From Gnetum montanum (lineage: Eukaryota > Plantae > Gnetophyta): a stretch of DNA of 64,000 nucleotides. The stretch spans positions 11,868 through 75,867 of the forward strand of contig MNCI01003033.1 of NCBI GenBank assembly GCA_015680685.1. Reading direction: 5' to 3'. The position numbers and the translations under genes are program-made. Numbering within the stretch: the first letter of the stretch is position 1; every line of letters begins with the position of its first letter. This document shows positions 1 to 13,900 of this stretch, in pieces. The notes under the pieces were generated by a model. It was not told where the DNA came from, searched no databases, and saw only the letters and a program-made list of their open reading frames with translations.

Positions 1-3000
1 TACCCTTACCGACAACCAAATCCCTATGGTTATTATGTTCAGCAACCTTCATCTCCAAGGGACTCCTCTGGTCATGTTGTTGCTTACTAGTCTCACCACT
101 ATCCTCCTGAAACATATCAATTACCTTATCCAAGGAGGGATGCCACCTACTATCCTCATGTACCTCCTATCCCTACACCAACTCCTCCACCTCCTACACC
201 ACTACCACCCACTTCGTCCATGTAGGGTGAATTGCTTACACAACCATAGCAAAAGAACATTACAAGGGTAGTTAACTTGTAATCAGTTAACCCATACAAC
301 AACTCAGAACCACAGACAAAGAAAAGATCCTTCTTCCAACCTCATAGTCCACCAAAGCCCTCGAAGACATCGATGATTGGTAATCCTACTCCTCCATCTT
401 CCTCTATTTCTTTTTTATCTGAGTCCCCTTCAAGCCAAAATCCCTCTCGAATCCATACTGTAATGCTGACACATGCTATATCTGATTGGATTCAAATTGG
501 TAACCTACCCAGAAAATTAGCTAGTCCTGGGAGTCCCCTAGTTTACTTGTAAATTGCTAAGAATGAGCCTTGCAAAGCTCTTCAAGATTCTGGCTTTGGT
601 ATTAATCTAATCTCACATGAGATGTACATAATGTGGAACCTTCCTCCTTTAAAGAAGAGTAACATTTGGCTAGAACTGGCAAACCTGTCTATCACTATTC
701 CATTAGGACTAGTTGAAGACATCATCACCATCATTTGTGGGTGGTCATATCCAGCTAATTTCCTAGTAATTAAAGTGGAGAACTACAAGGGGAACTTTCC
801 AATTATCATGGGAATGGCGTGGCTAAGTACCGTTGATGCCAAAATGGTCATTAGAGATCTTTCCTTGGAGATATAAAAAAAATGAATTTGGGAAGATCAA
901 GAAGAAGAGAGTTCCATGTATCACGTATAGTGATTTAGGGTGCCATTGTCTGCAAAAGTTATGGTTAGTAAAGTAAACATCTATCTCTACATGCAAGTAG
1001 TGTGCATTGGAAGCTGAGATCCAAAGATGTTTTTATGGAGTAGCCACAAAACAAGAAGGAACCCAGTGGTTGACAGCTGATGCCAGCAATAGCACATTAT
1101 GCATGAAACCTACTAAGGGCCTAATGTATGAGTATATTGCAAGTATGGATGAACTCAAGCAAGTTCATCACCACCTCCCTGAAGGAGCAAATGATGATGT
1201 CAATTAGGGTGAGCTGGAAATTTCTAATAGATTCAAACAAGAGCCCCCTGAATTAAAGATGCTACCGATTCAAATGGAGTGTGTATTTTTGAAAAATGGG
1301 AAGTTTGTTATCATTAATGCTAAGCTTGCTACAAAACAAAAGAAAACATTGATAAAAGTTATGGAAAAGTGGTTAGCAGCCTTTGCTTGGTCATATTCTG
1401 AGCTCACTCGAATAGATCCAAGAATATGCTAGCACCGGATTTACACTGATCCTGCCATCAAGCCAAAACAATAGTCGCAGCAGCGTTTGAATCCCAAACT
1501 AAAGCATACTTTCAAAGAGGAGATTGAACAACTCCTCAAGGTGGAATTCATCTACCCTATCACAGATATTGAGTGGGTCAGCCCACTCATGATTGTACCA
1601 AAGAAAGGAGGTAAATGGAGGGTGTGCATTGATTTTTGGCTACTCAACATGGCAACTTTCAAGGATCATTTTCCATTGCCTTTTGTCAATCAAGTGCTGG
1701 AAAACATTTAAAGGCATAGTTATTACATCTTTTTGGATGGTTATAATGGCTATAACCAAATATGAATTGCACTAGAGGACCAGGCAAAGATAACTTTCAC
1801 AAGTTTGTGGAGAACTTTTGCTTACCAGTAGATGCCATTTGGTCTATGAATGATTTCTCTACCTATGGAGTTACATTTGAGCAAGCCCTAGACTATCTTG
1901 AGTAGGTATTGAAAAGATGTATCGAAACAAACCTCTGACTTAATTGGTAAAAGAGTCATCTTATGGTCCAAGAAGACATAGTCTTGGGGCATCGCATCTC
2001 AAAAGCAAGAATCGAGGTGATACCTGAAAAAATAAGGGTTATCCAAGGAATAACCTGCAAACCTGAAACAGTCAAAGAAGTTAAGTCATTCCTTGATCAT
2101 ACTAGCTACTACCGATGCTTCATCGAGAATTTTTTCAAAACTGCCAAGCCATTGGTCAACTTGACAAAGAAGGATGCATCATTCATCTGGACCCTTGCAT
2201 GTGAATCAACATTCCAACAGTTGAAGAAAAATCTTGTTAAAACTCCCATTTTTCAAGCACCAGATTGGTCCAGACCATTTCATGTGATGACTAATGCATC
2301 AAATTATGCTTTGGGGGAAATGCTTACGTAAATGGATGATCAAAAACATCCATATTACATTCACTGTGCAAGCCAGACCATTGTAGGTGCACAACTGAAC
2401 TACACCACTACAGAAAAGGAGTTGATGGTAGTGGTGTTTGCTTTAGAGAAGTTCAGGCATTATGTGCTTGGCTACAAAGTGTGTGTGCACACAGATCATA
2501 GAACCATCAGATTTCTAATGAATAAACTAATCGTGAGCCCTCATGTCATACGATGGCTCGTGATTTTGTAGGAATTCGATCTCACAGTGGTAGATTGTAA
2601 AGGTGTGGAGAATGTGGTCATGGATCACTTATCACAAATAAGATGGGATGACAAGGAGAAAGAGAGCCCTTTATCTGATCAATTTCCTAATGAATCTCTC
2701 CTTGCCAGTGCTATTAATGCACAAATGCCTATTGAATCAATTTGGTATGACACCATCCTCACTTATTTGCTCAAGTAAGAATTGTCACAAGGGCTGGACA
2801 CTAGAAAGAAGCAATAGTTTCTTCACCGGGTCAAGTATTTCATGGAGATTAATGAAAACCTTTACAAGGTTTACCATGATGGCATGGTACGTTGGTGTGT
2901 CCCTAATATGAATCAACTAGGCATTCTCTAGGATGCACACGAAGGTCCTTGTGGGGGCCATTATGCTGAAAGGTGCATGGCCATAAAAATCCTCATAGCA

Positions 3001-5530
3001 GGGTATTATTGGCCAACAATCTTTAGGGATGCACATCAATTCGTCCGTGCTTGTGATCATTGCCAACAGGATGGTGGAATGATAGCTTAAATGGAGGAAT
3101 CACAACAATGGATACAACTTCTCAAATAATTTGACATTTGGGGCATTGACTTTATGGGTCCTATCACACCTTTATCAAATGGAAAGACATATATAATAGT
3201 TGCAGTTGACTATTGTACCAAGTGGGTAGAAGCAGTAGCTGTCAGCGATTATACATACACCACTGCTACTCGGTTTGTACAACAAAACATGACAAACAGG
3301 TTTGGTGTACCTCGTGCATTAATTTCTAATTATAGAACTCATTTTATGGGTGCCTCCACTTTCCAGAAACTAATGCAACACTTGGCGGTCGAACATAAAT
3401 TCACAACACCATATCAACCCCCCCCAACCCAATGGTCAAGCTAAAGTCACTAATATAGATATTACAAAAATCTCAACACGTACCATTAGTAAATATTGAA
3501 GGTATTGGAGCACTAAATTAAATGATGCCCTTTGGGCTTATTGCTCAACATGGAAGCTTCCCATAGGTTATTCTCCCTATGAGCTTGTGTATGGAAAACT
3601 ATCAACATTACCCATCCAATCAGAGCTCTGTACACTCTCCATGGCCTGTGATCTTAACCTAGATTTAAGTCTAGCACAAAAGGAATGATTAATGAGTCTC
3701 AAATTATTAGATGAAAATTGGTTAATGGACTTGTCCTCCAATGAAATGCATAAGGAATTCAACAAGAAACACCATGACCTCAAAATAAGAAAAGTCAAGT
3801 TTCAACCAGGCAATAAGGTTCTTTATTAGAATCCTGCACATGTACCCCAACAAACCAAATTTTAAACATTGTGGGAAGGACCTTACATCATAGATGAGAC
3901 TTTTCCATCTAGGTCCATGATCATCTATAAACTTGACAACCTAAATAAGAAACAACTAGTCAACATCCAACAAGTAAAACCTTTCCATGAGCCCAAGCCA
4001 ACCAATGCAACAAACACCTCATCAAATGGACAACCACACTCAATTTTTTGGATCTCTCACTTCCAACTTAGTCGTGGGGAAGATGGCCACCCATACTAAC
4101 ACTTTATGTGGCTCCTTAGTTTTTAATTTTTTTTGTTTTACACATTTTTTGTTTTACAACTTTTTGTTTTCATCTTCTTTGTTTTACATTTTTTGTTTTA
4201 AATATTTGTATTTTTAAGCTTATTTGTCTTTTCTTAGTTTTTCTTACACCATCATTAATATATTTTTTAATATCTATTGTCTACTCTCTTTTATAGTTAT
4301 ATTTTCTTATGTTTGGTGTGTTTCTCTACTTTTTCTACTAATAAGGTGGAAGGTACAATGGTAATGCATTACTTGATGGTGGTATGTTTCATTTGTAATT
4401 TGATTGTTGATGTCTAGTTTCTAACTTTGATGGTCGTTACTGATGACTAGGACATGGTTTCTTTTCATGTAATAGGCAATGAGTCCACATCATCCACCCA
4501 TCCACTTACTCTATGGTTTTCCTTGTTTTGGAAGCATACAGTCTCTTTTTCATTAATGCAACTTTAATAAATTGGTGACTTGTGTAGTTTTTGAAATTGG
4601 GAAGGAATAAAAGGTTTGGATAGGGTGTAGCTTCAAAGGGATGTGGTGTTCTTTGTGCTTTTTTGTTTTCCTATGTGCAGGGGTGTTCTCATAAGCTTTT
4701 CACCATTCCACATCATTTCACAATAAGTCAAATAAGTCCTTGCATGGTGTGGTCCTCATACAAAAGAAGAAGAAGATAAGGATTCAAAGCACAGCCCTTG
4801 GAAAAAATAAATGTGAAAATTGCATAGGTCTTTACATGGTGTGGTTTCCATTTAAAATAAAACATAAGAATTCAACGCACACCCCTTAGACCAAATAAAA
4901 GGGCTACAAGCACTGGTTATGAGGTTATGAGACTTGTCTTATCTCCTCTAAGTAAGGCCTTTCACACTTCCTACCTTCTCCCCTATTTGGAATGATGGTT
5001 ATTTTGTAGGAGCATTCTTGTATCTCAGGGGATGAACTAGCCTTAGAATGTCAATGCAAAGTCACTAAAAATGGTTGGTTTTGATCTGGACTAAGGAAGG
5101 ATCCTACCAAGTCAATTAATCACAAACTTCACAAGAGGCTATATGTGACCATAATTAGGAACTCCATTCCACTTTCTCTGTCATCCATCTATGCTTTCCA
5201 TATCTCACCTCATTGTTGGTTTTATGTTTGATTTGGTGTTCTAGTTTGATGTGTTAGGTTTCTCAATGAGTTACTTTCAGGCTTTTGCACTTAACTTTCC
5301 ATAATCATTAATCATCCATGGAGCCCATAGACTCCTTGGTTTGAAGTTATGCAAGGGCATAAAAGGCCTATGCCTACTTTGGGGAGGACCCACTTGCATA
5401 TCTTTTGGTTTGGTTAAGTTAAGTTCTTTACCCTTAGACATTACTACAATCAAATAAAAGGTGCTACAAGGCACTAAGGTTTCAATGTCTCTATGAGTGG
5501 AAATAGAAGGCATGGGGTGAAAATGAGAGA
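1..5530 (+). mobile_element. Decayed Ty3/gypsy (Athila-like) retrotransposon: gag tail-PR-RT-RH-INT plus 3' non-coding region
   Basis: Fragmented ORFs in gypsy order. Protease-like (DSGFGINLI...PIIMGMAWL, ~580-870), RT (WVSPLMIVPKKGGKWRVCIDF, KDHFPLPF, FLDGYNGYNQI), RNase H (MTNASNYALG, NYTTTEKE, VHTDH), integrase ([37 protein letters not shown]). A PPT-like ttagtcgtgggga follows pol (~4068-4080). Many stops and frameshifts. Confidence 0.9.
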
Positions 5531-5592
5531 CACTAAGAACTCAAAGCAATGAAAATGGAAGGCAGTGCTCTCCATTTTATTGTGGTAAACTA

Positions 5593-5981
5593 GCTTATAT
5601 ATATATATATCAACTGGTTGAGATGATTTAACCAAGCTCGACTACTGGCTGAGGTAACAAGATAACTAAAAATGAAATCACTCATCCCTCCTCTATTTCT
5701 CTACCACTTACCCAATTTAGTTTTACCCTCTTAGTCAAGTTTGTTCTATCTTTGTTTGTTTATGGCATTTTTGAGAAATAAATTTCTTGCATAAATAATA
5801 GCTCAAAAGTGCCATGAATAAACAAAGAAAGAACAAAATTGATTAAGAAGGTAAAATTAAGTTAGGCAAGTGGTAGAGAAATAGAGAAGGGATGAGTGAT
5901 TTCATTTTTAGTTATCTTGTTACCTTGTCCAGTAGTGGAGCTTGGTTAAAATCATCTTGGCCAATTTATATATATATAAGC
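5593..5981. repeat. Long imperfect inverted repeat (~180-bp arms, ~26-nt loop) with (TA)n at both outer ends
   Basis: gcttatatata...tttttgag (5593-~5774) is the reverse complement of ctcaaaagtgcc...tatatataagc (~5802-5981). Example: ctcatccctcctctatttctctaccactt pairs with aagtggtagagaaatagagaagggatgag. Confidence 0.95.
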
Positions 5982-6210
5982 AGTTTTGCAGGCAATGAGT
6001 AGAATTTAATTATTTTTTAAAGTTTTTATATTATCTATTATCATTATAAAAGGCATAGTTATAAATGTTCAAGTTGTTAAAATATGAATAGAACTATTTA
6101 AATAACATCACTATTTGCATTTCAAATAATATATATAGATTTGTAAAATAGAATTAAGCAAAAGGAAAAATACAGTGATAAGTGTGAACTCAATATGCCT
6201 AATCCTCCAA

Positions 6211-7465
6211 TTAAGCAAAACAAACTTCTTGTGCAATTCTACTATAGAGATGTTTAGCATTTGAAATCTTTCTGTATCTTTGCATAGAGAAAGGAGGATG
6301 AGTCTTCAATGAATCACTGGTCTTGACTATATATAATGCACCAAACATTAAACCTGTAACTTCTCTTAAACCAATGTCAATAGTAGACTTATCTAGTGTC
6401 ATTCCTTGATACTTATGAATAGTCAGGGCCCATGCCAACAGTAATAGTAACTTATGTGATGCTCCTTGGACCATAGGTATAATTGGCACATGATGAGAAT
6501 TTTCATTATCAAAGAGATATTTGATGTAGAAGTCAAAATAAACAACAATGTACAATGGTAATGCAGGTGGTTGTTTACTTGGACGATACATAATATTGTG
6601 AATCATGCCAAGTGCACCATTTACCAATCCTACTTCAAGCCAAAAGTTATCTGTAAGAATAATCCTTGCACCTTTACATATAAGCAAAGATTGCTCAATA
6701 TCATTACCGTCATCATTTAAGGTTCTAAATCCATGTGGATCTTTTTTTTGCTAGACACATAGCAACAAGTCTCTGCATTTTTTGCAACATTTTCTTATTG
6801 TGTAAGTGGACTTTATCCTTTGTATCATATAAATGCATTGATTCTTCAAAACTGTCTAATCTAGTCAAAATGGATGGAAGATTCATTTAAGTAGCCAAGA
6901 AATTATAATCTTCATCAATGCTTTTTCCTTCTCTAGTATGCATCGATATTTCCCTGAAACTTTGTTATTGAGGATCAGTTCAAAATTCACGATAAACTGC
7001 ATCCAAAACAAAAAAGGTATGAAATGATTTTCAAACCTGTATAATATCTGGATTCTTGGATGCATAAGGTGCAACATCAATCACAGAAAAAAGTTGACCC
7101 AAATCACCTATCAGTAAAACTGATCTTCCTCCAAAAACTTCATTGTGATGCTCTGAAAACATTTCTCTTAGTTTTCTATCAATGCTTTGTGATAATCTTC
7201 CTTCCACAAAACTCATTTCATCAATTATTATATATCTTACCTTTGATAGTCGATGTTGCATACTTATCCTTGCAAAGGAGAAGAGTTTTTTGTAGGCACC
7301 TATTCCAATGCTCAAATTGGAATGCATGGTTACTGCATTAATGTTAAATGTTGTAGATCCTATGGGTGCCATGACAAGTAAGCATTATGTTCTTTATGGT
7401 AGTATTTCATGAAAGCATTCTGAAGTCCGCCTATGAAAAATGACTTTCCTGTAACTCATTTACCA
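6211..7465 (-). pseudogene. PIF1-family (SF1B) DNA helicase pseudogene, Helitron-type
   Basis: Walker A remnant (VTGKSF ~7440-7465), APIGSTTFNINAVTMHS, YIIIDEMSFV, FGGRSVLLIGDLGQL, GLVNGALG, LAWALTIHKYQGMTLD. Broken by stops and frameshifts. Confidence 0.9.
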
Positions 7466-9099
7466 AGGTCAGGTTTTTAACTCATGCATGTGCAATTGGT
7501 GATTCCGTTGCTTAAAAGGTTAACCTATATTGCTGTTGATATCTTATTTAGAAAGATAATTTTTGTGCAAATTCGGTTTTTGATATATTCATGATACAGC
7601 TATTTCAGAGATGTTAGGATTTCGTTCCTGTACTGAACCTCCCAAGACTCACCTTAATTAAAAAATATAAGCTATACGATCCGAAGGCCCTCAGACTGAC
7701 TACGACAGCAGCAGCCACGCTATCACGACGACCACCAACGAATTGCACTGCCAGCACTGGTCCGCCTTTTTCTTTTACTTTTCTAACGTTTGGTTTCACA
7801 TGAAATTCTTTTAAAAAATTTCTTTAAGTAGAGCGCAAGACGATTAGACATACCCAAACATTCCAAAATCATTTGCATTAATTTTTAGGTTTTTTATTCA
7901 TCTTACTTCTTTTTATGAACGTTTTACAGCTAATGTTTAACTAACTTTTACATTTATGTCAGCCAATTCAACTTGTCCACTTTAAATTATAAGCTTCACA
8001 GACAATAGGATTAAAGGATCATTCCTCAATGTTCATTCCATCAAAACTTATTTCTAACTAAAATTTGGAATTTCACTCAATAATTTCACAGCTTTGTTTA
8101 ATTCAATATAGAAACAATTTCAATGACAAAAATAGCCTCAAATCGTCTTAGAAAAACTATTGAAACGAAAACATACATCATCCGGTTAAGCATATCCTTT
8201 TAGGCAAACTATTGAAACAAAAACGTACATCATCATAGTTTTGTTTTGTTTTATTTTATTTCTAATCATGTCTATCTTTGAGCAGAATCAGATTCACTTT
8301 GGATGGCATAAATTTTAGATGCCATGGACACTGCCATAAGCTGCTTTTGGTGTCAAGCATGTGTCAAGATATACAAACTTTATGTTACCATGAGCCAAAA
8401 ATTCATATTTTCAACTGAATACTACCATTCTACTCACCTTTGATCTAAACAAAAATGTTGTTTTTATCCATGACTAAAAATTTGGAATTCCGCCTGAAAA
8501 ATGAAACAGAAAACTCTTGGCAACTTTGATAACAGTAAAGCCATATTATAAAACATTCAACATATATTAAAAAAGATGGTTAAATCTTTTTAAATATATT
8601 TTTTGCAGTGCAATCAACGTTTCTAAGAGGTTTCAAGATAAGTTTTAACTCTAACCCAAAGGCAAGAGCGTCAAAATCACAAATAAAGCTATAGTAGAGC
8701 TCTAAACTAAAGAAAGTAAACAGAATGGACTAAATTATTCATAATTTAAATTTATTTTCTCTACATCTAATAACATTTCTTTATTAGTGAATATATTTAT
8801 TTGTCTTAACCATTATTACTCTAAATTTTAATATTTATTATAGTTTATTTTTTCATAAAATATTGAACCCCAATACCAAGTCAAATCAGCTAAGACAAAC
8901 CAAAGAACAATCTCTAGTGATTAAACACCTTGTTATAAATCATTGGCTTTTACATTATTTAAAGATGTATTATTCGATCCCAACCTTGTATGTCAAGGGG
9001 CTTGCCTGAAGGAGTAGGACCCAATGTTTAAATAGGCAAGAAATATGTAGAGTCAACATATTTCAAGAATTACGATAAATTGGTAAATTTGGTCAAGTT

Positions 9100-10400
9100 A
9101 TATTTGAAAGTGGCAAAAATGATAGCCACATGTATTATTTTCTTTCTAAAAATAAAGTTTATTATAAATGTCTTCAATGGAAGCCAAGTCTTGACATATT
9201 GGAGAAGGTTTATGAAGATTCTACTTCAAATTAATGAATGTTAGGATGTTATCGAACAAGGATATCAAGAATTTCCCACTCAAGATATTCTAAATAAAGA
9301 GTAAGAGAGCAAGTTTCAAGAAGATAGAAGGAAAGATGCAATAGCAAAAATGATAATTTGTACTTCAATTTCTAATTCTATTGGCTCAAGAATTATTAAG
9401 AAGCCAAACGCTAAGGAGACTTGGAATCTTCTACTACAAATATACAAAGGAGCCTCCATCATAAATATCCAAGAAACTTAGGTATAGATGAGTTTAAAGA
9501 ATTTTTTTTTTTGGAAAAAATCGAGCGAATTGTATTCCCAAAAAGAAGGCTATACATCAATAAAGCGTAGGCCAGAGCTACTAGCCCCACACTGACTGTG
9601 GGCCCCAACCCTAGGTCCCTTGCAAACCACGACCACCGTGGGCATTGCCACAAGCGGTCAGTATGCCCCATTCCCAAACCCTTAACCAGAGAACCAGGTT
9701 AATTTGGGCAGCGCCCGCCACCCCCACCCCCCGCCCCACATTAGTGGCTTTTTGGGTGGGTTGTGGTGGAGCCCCGACTCTCTTTGGAGGTTTGAAGTCT
9801 CGGAACCAGCTCTCCTAGGCCAGTTGCTAGGCAACGTCTATTTTCCTCAATGATTTGGGCAATGCCATTGTAGGGGCACCAATCGCTGCGGCTAAGGCAT
9901 CCACGGTCACCAGAATTTGGTGCCCACGGAAGACAGCAACCTCCCCACTCCAGCCTGCATAAAACGGTTGGACGTCTAGCTCCGGGTCAGCCACAATCCG
10001 TTGTAGCACTTGGTTCCGGTTGGATGAGTTTAAAGATTTATCACTAAATAGAGGTGAGGTTATTGAAGAGTTCTTTATTAGAATGTATGTAGGAATATTT
10101 AATCTAAATGAATATGGATGCAATTATAGTAAAATAAAAAAATTAGATAAGGTAACTTAAATATTCTATAATGATGGAAGATTGAAGCATGTAATGATGC
10201 ATATTATTTAAAAAATATATTTAGATTATGTAACAACTAATAAATTAGTTTCTCAAGTCAAAATATTTAAAGATCTTAAGAGGCATTGATGAAACTTAAT
10301 ATAAATAAAAGGTCTTTATGATAAAAGAAATATGGTAACTCTTAGATGTACCTACAATTAAGTAATGATCATTATGCCTTGAAGAAAGGGGGAAAGTCCA
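9100..10400 (+). mobile_element. Ty1/copia gag remnant interrupted by a retroposed insertion
   Basis: KDAIAKMIICTSISNSIGSRIIKKPNAKETWNLLLQIYKG resembles copia gag. Gag-like sequence (RGEVIEEFFIR) resumes after 10036. Confidence 0.6.
9501..10022 (-). mobile_element. Short GC-rich poly(A) retroposon (5'-truncated LINE or SINE-like) with 14-bp TSD
   Basis: Poly-T at 9502-9512 is poly(A) on the minus strand. TSD gatgagtttaaaga at 9487-9500 and 10023-10036. The tail-adjacent motif resembles that of the LINE at 51432. Confidence 0.8.
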
Positions 10401-10956
10401 AGTGAGAATGGAAAAGGATGTGACCTTAAGGAAATTTGGTTGGTTCTTTTCTTGACTTCCTTCTTAAGACCTATGACTCCTCACAGAATGTATCATCATT
10501 CCTACCATTAACCATAAAGGAAGTGTGTCCTTGTAAGATGTGGTTCTAATAAATAAATAAATAAAATGAGACTTCAAAGAACACCTTGCTAAAGAACTCT
10601 TGGAATACAAGCACTAATTATGGGATTGGAAAGAAATGTTATCCATGCTTGAAGACATCCCTCTACCTAAGGCCCAAAATGTTTTTTCAATAATCTCTAA
10701 AACTATTTTTTTTTTCTTTTTGGTGTGATGCTCATTCTCTATGGTTGTTTTAGACTCATGATACTAAGCAAGGAGGGGCACATCAATGCAAGGCCACTAT
10801 TAATGATTTGGACATGGTTTAAAACTTGGATGGATAAATATGATGATCATCTTAATTACAATTGACACAACAACATATTGTGGGCCTGCTAAGATACCTC
10901 ACATCCTAATGTCTACAATCCCTTCTGATCCCATTATTCACCTAACTACTACATGC

Positions 10957-13900
10957 AATTATGTACCTAATGGTTTTGTATAGTAGTGCAGGATTCCAAC
11001 TAAGGTGATTGTGTGTTGTTTAGAATAAGGCATGATTCACATCTAACTTCTAAGATGCCCACAAACATATATAGAAGTGATTATTCAAGTGCATTATGGT
11101 AGGAGCCTACTTTGGGAAGGACCCACTTGCATAATTTTTGTTGATCATGGCTTCAAACTAAAACCTCACATCTTTAAGGACATCATGGGTAGCTTCTCTA
11201 AATTTATGCATGATTTTGTGACAACTTATCATCAATTTTGATTATCTTTAACCTATTTATATTGAAATTTCCTCTAAATTCAAAATTTCTTAGTCACTTT
11301 TGGAACCACATGTTTTTCAATATTTCAATGCATTTGTAATATCTTGCAAACTAGACCTTTGATTTTAGTTGTTTGAAAACTTGTAAGCTTCAAAAGTCAA
11401 GCCAATTTATTGTAAGGGCTAAGGATGTAATTTTTGAAATTTTTTCTAACACCTCATTTTTAAACATTATCGTAACTAATAGTAAAAATAATCAAAATGA
11501 CTTGAACAACTTGATGATTTTAGTTACCTCATAGCCTTAGAAATAGTATTTCGTAATCACCTTAACCCTAAATGCTATTTTTTTTTGACTTTTGGGCTAA
11601 CTAAGGATCCAACAAGGGTTAATCATTATGAAAAAAATTACCAATACTGACATTGATCCATTCGTAATTGCAGATGATGTTGAAAGGAATAGTGATGAGT
11701 GGTGGAGTAATCCAACACCTAGCTATATAAGACATGAGTGTTCACATGTAGCCCAATCATAATCTGTGGACAAGGCAATGTGATTATGCTAGTAATTGGT
11801 TTGAGTTCATGACTATTGTCTTCTCACATGGAGCTAGTATAATCTATCAATATGGTTTAGCTCTCAATGAGGTATATGATATATTGATGTTGTTAGGCCA
11901 TGTTTCCTAACTACGATGGTAAAGTGTGAAAATAATTATAAGTCTAAGGAAAATGGTAAATGAAGCCAATCTATCCCAAGGCAATGAGTATCCAATCATG
12001 GCTTATTGTACATGCCTTGGGCTCATGTAACTATTACTGGGATTACCAAGTGTGTTCACTATTGAGTGAATCAAGTGAAACCACTACTGGGTTACCAAAC
12101 AATTACACTTAAATGCTCAAAACTAGTCATACTCATTCTTCTTTATTAATGAACAAGGAAAGTAAAGTATTTGGAAATGTAAATGATTAAACTAAGAAAA
12201 CAATAAAAACTATGCTAAGTAAAACAAGAAAACTAAGTGGATTTTTCAATGATGAAAAGAAATCTTTATCTTTATTTCTGGTCATGAATTGTGCCCAAGT
12301 ACACTTCACTCGAATAAAGATTTTGGACAATTGCTCAACAACACACTACAGGAATTCACTTTATTATAAAAGCTACAAAAACAAACTACAAGAATTTGGA
12401 TAAGGATGGATGAAAATTATGTTGTAGCTAAATTATTTGTTTTGTAGTGAAGACATATTTAGTTTAGAAGGACTTGGTCCAAACATGCCTAGAGAATGAG
12501 ATGCTGATCATAGAGAATCATTACCTACAAAATGTTGATGTGTAAGAATAGCATATGCAAGAATTCATCCATCAACAATAGGTGTAGCTATCCACAGTAA
12601 ACACTGAACTAAGAAGATTGGTAGCTAAAAATAGAAATCATTCTATGGAAGAAGTGCATGCCTTACGTCAAAATCTACGATTGAGATTACTCCTTAGAAG
12701 AATGAGGCTCTCAAATTTGAAACAATCAAGAATAACTACAAAGATTAGGATGGCCTACAGAAGAAAGCTAATAAAAAACACAACCAAATGACTTTAAGGC
12801 AAAAGTTAATGAGACCCTCTAGCAACTTTAGCAAGGAAAAGAGGTGTGGTAACCTATCGTTGACAGGATAGATGCTTACAAAAAAGTAGAGATCTGCATG
12901 AAGAAGTTTTAGATTGAAGAGATGGCATAATACATGGAGCTTGCCAATCTTCGATATGTAAACATAGCAATGCTGACTGTTAGATGACAATGATCAAAGT
13001 TAGAGAAATAGATGGCTAGCTTGTACTTGTTGTATGAGGTAGAGTTCAAGCACCACAAGGAGACCAAACAAAAAATTGACATTACAAACATTAAACTCAA
13101 AGCTCTCAAGGCAAGATTCACTGATCAAAGATCATCTGCTAAGAACCTAGCTAGAAGAATGAACGATTACCAGGAACTATAGAATGCAATCATGATGTTC
13201 GACATTGAACACAAACAATTTGCTACTTGTTTTATTAATGTTAAGGAGTTGTTCCAAACAATGCCCTATCCTTGGGATGTGCCCATTCTGGCCCACATTG
13301 GTGAAGCTACATGAACTATGCATAATCCCAGGAGTAACGAGGAGAAGATGAAAGCATTATTGAATGCTTTCCATTTTCACTAGAAGTTGCAGTTGTAGTA
13401 GGACAACGACAATAGCCTCAACCACTGTGTGTGCCTGAAGCAAGATAAGGTCTTTCAGAACCTCAAGAGCCTCCACCACCTAGAACTATTTAATGTTCGC
13501 CATCATCTTTGCACCATCAAAGGGATTGTGTTTATTAATTTTTTCTTGGTGTTTGATTTTGTAGTCCTGAACACAAAAATTTTTTGTAATGATTGTATAT
13601 CCATACACTCAAGCACTTAGTGTTCGTTTCTATTTGTCATATGTCTGTTGTCAGTTACTAATTCCATACCTTCCCAAATTTGTAAGGAACTAAAGGACAA
13701 GTTTTCATTTAGTCATGGGATATCCTGAATCATAAATAGGTTGCATCTACTAGGCCCTGTTGACACATGATTTGATGCATTAACATGGCCCCGTCAACAT
13801 AGCGTCTATTTTTACCTATAAATACATGCTCACCTACTGTGTTTATGGCATCTTTGTCATAGTTGTAGTGGAGCTCTTATAGTTTTCTTGCATGAAAGTT

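Larger units (their letters stand above)
5590..7465 (-). mobile_element. Helitron-like rolling-circle element, 3' part (PIF1 helicase + giant hairpin + CTAG end)
   Basis: PIF1 helicase remnant on the minus strand, then ~230 bp AT-rich DNA, a long inverted repeat and CTAG|T on the minus strand (plus strand a|ctag, 5589-5593). The same terminus recurs at 53158. No Rep/HUH domain is visible. Confidence 0.7.
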
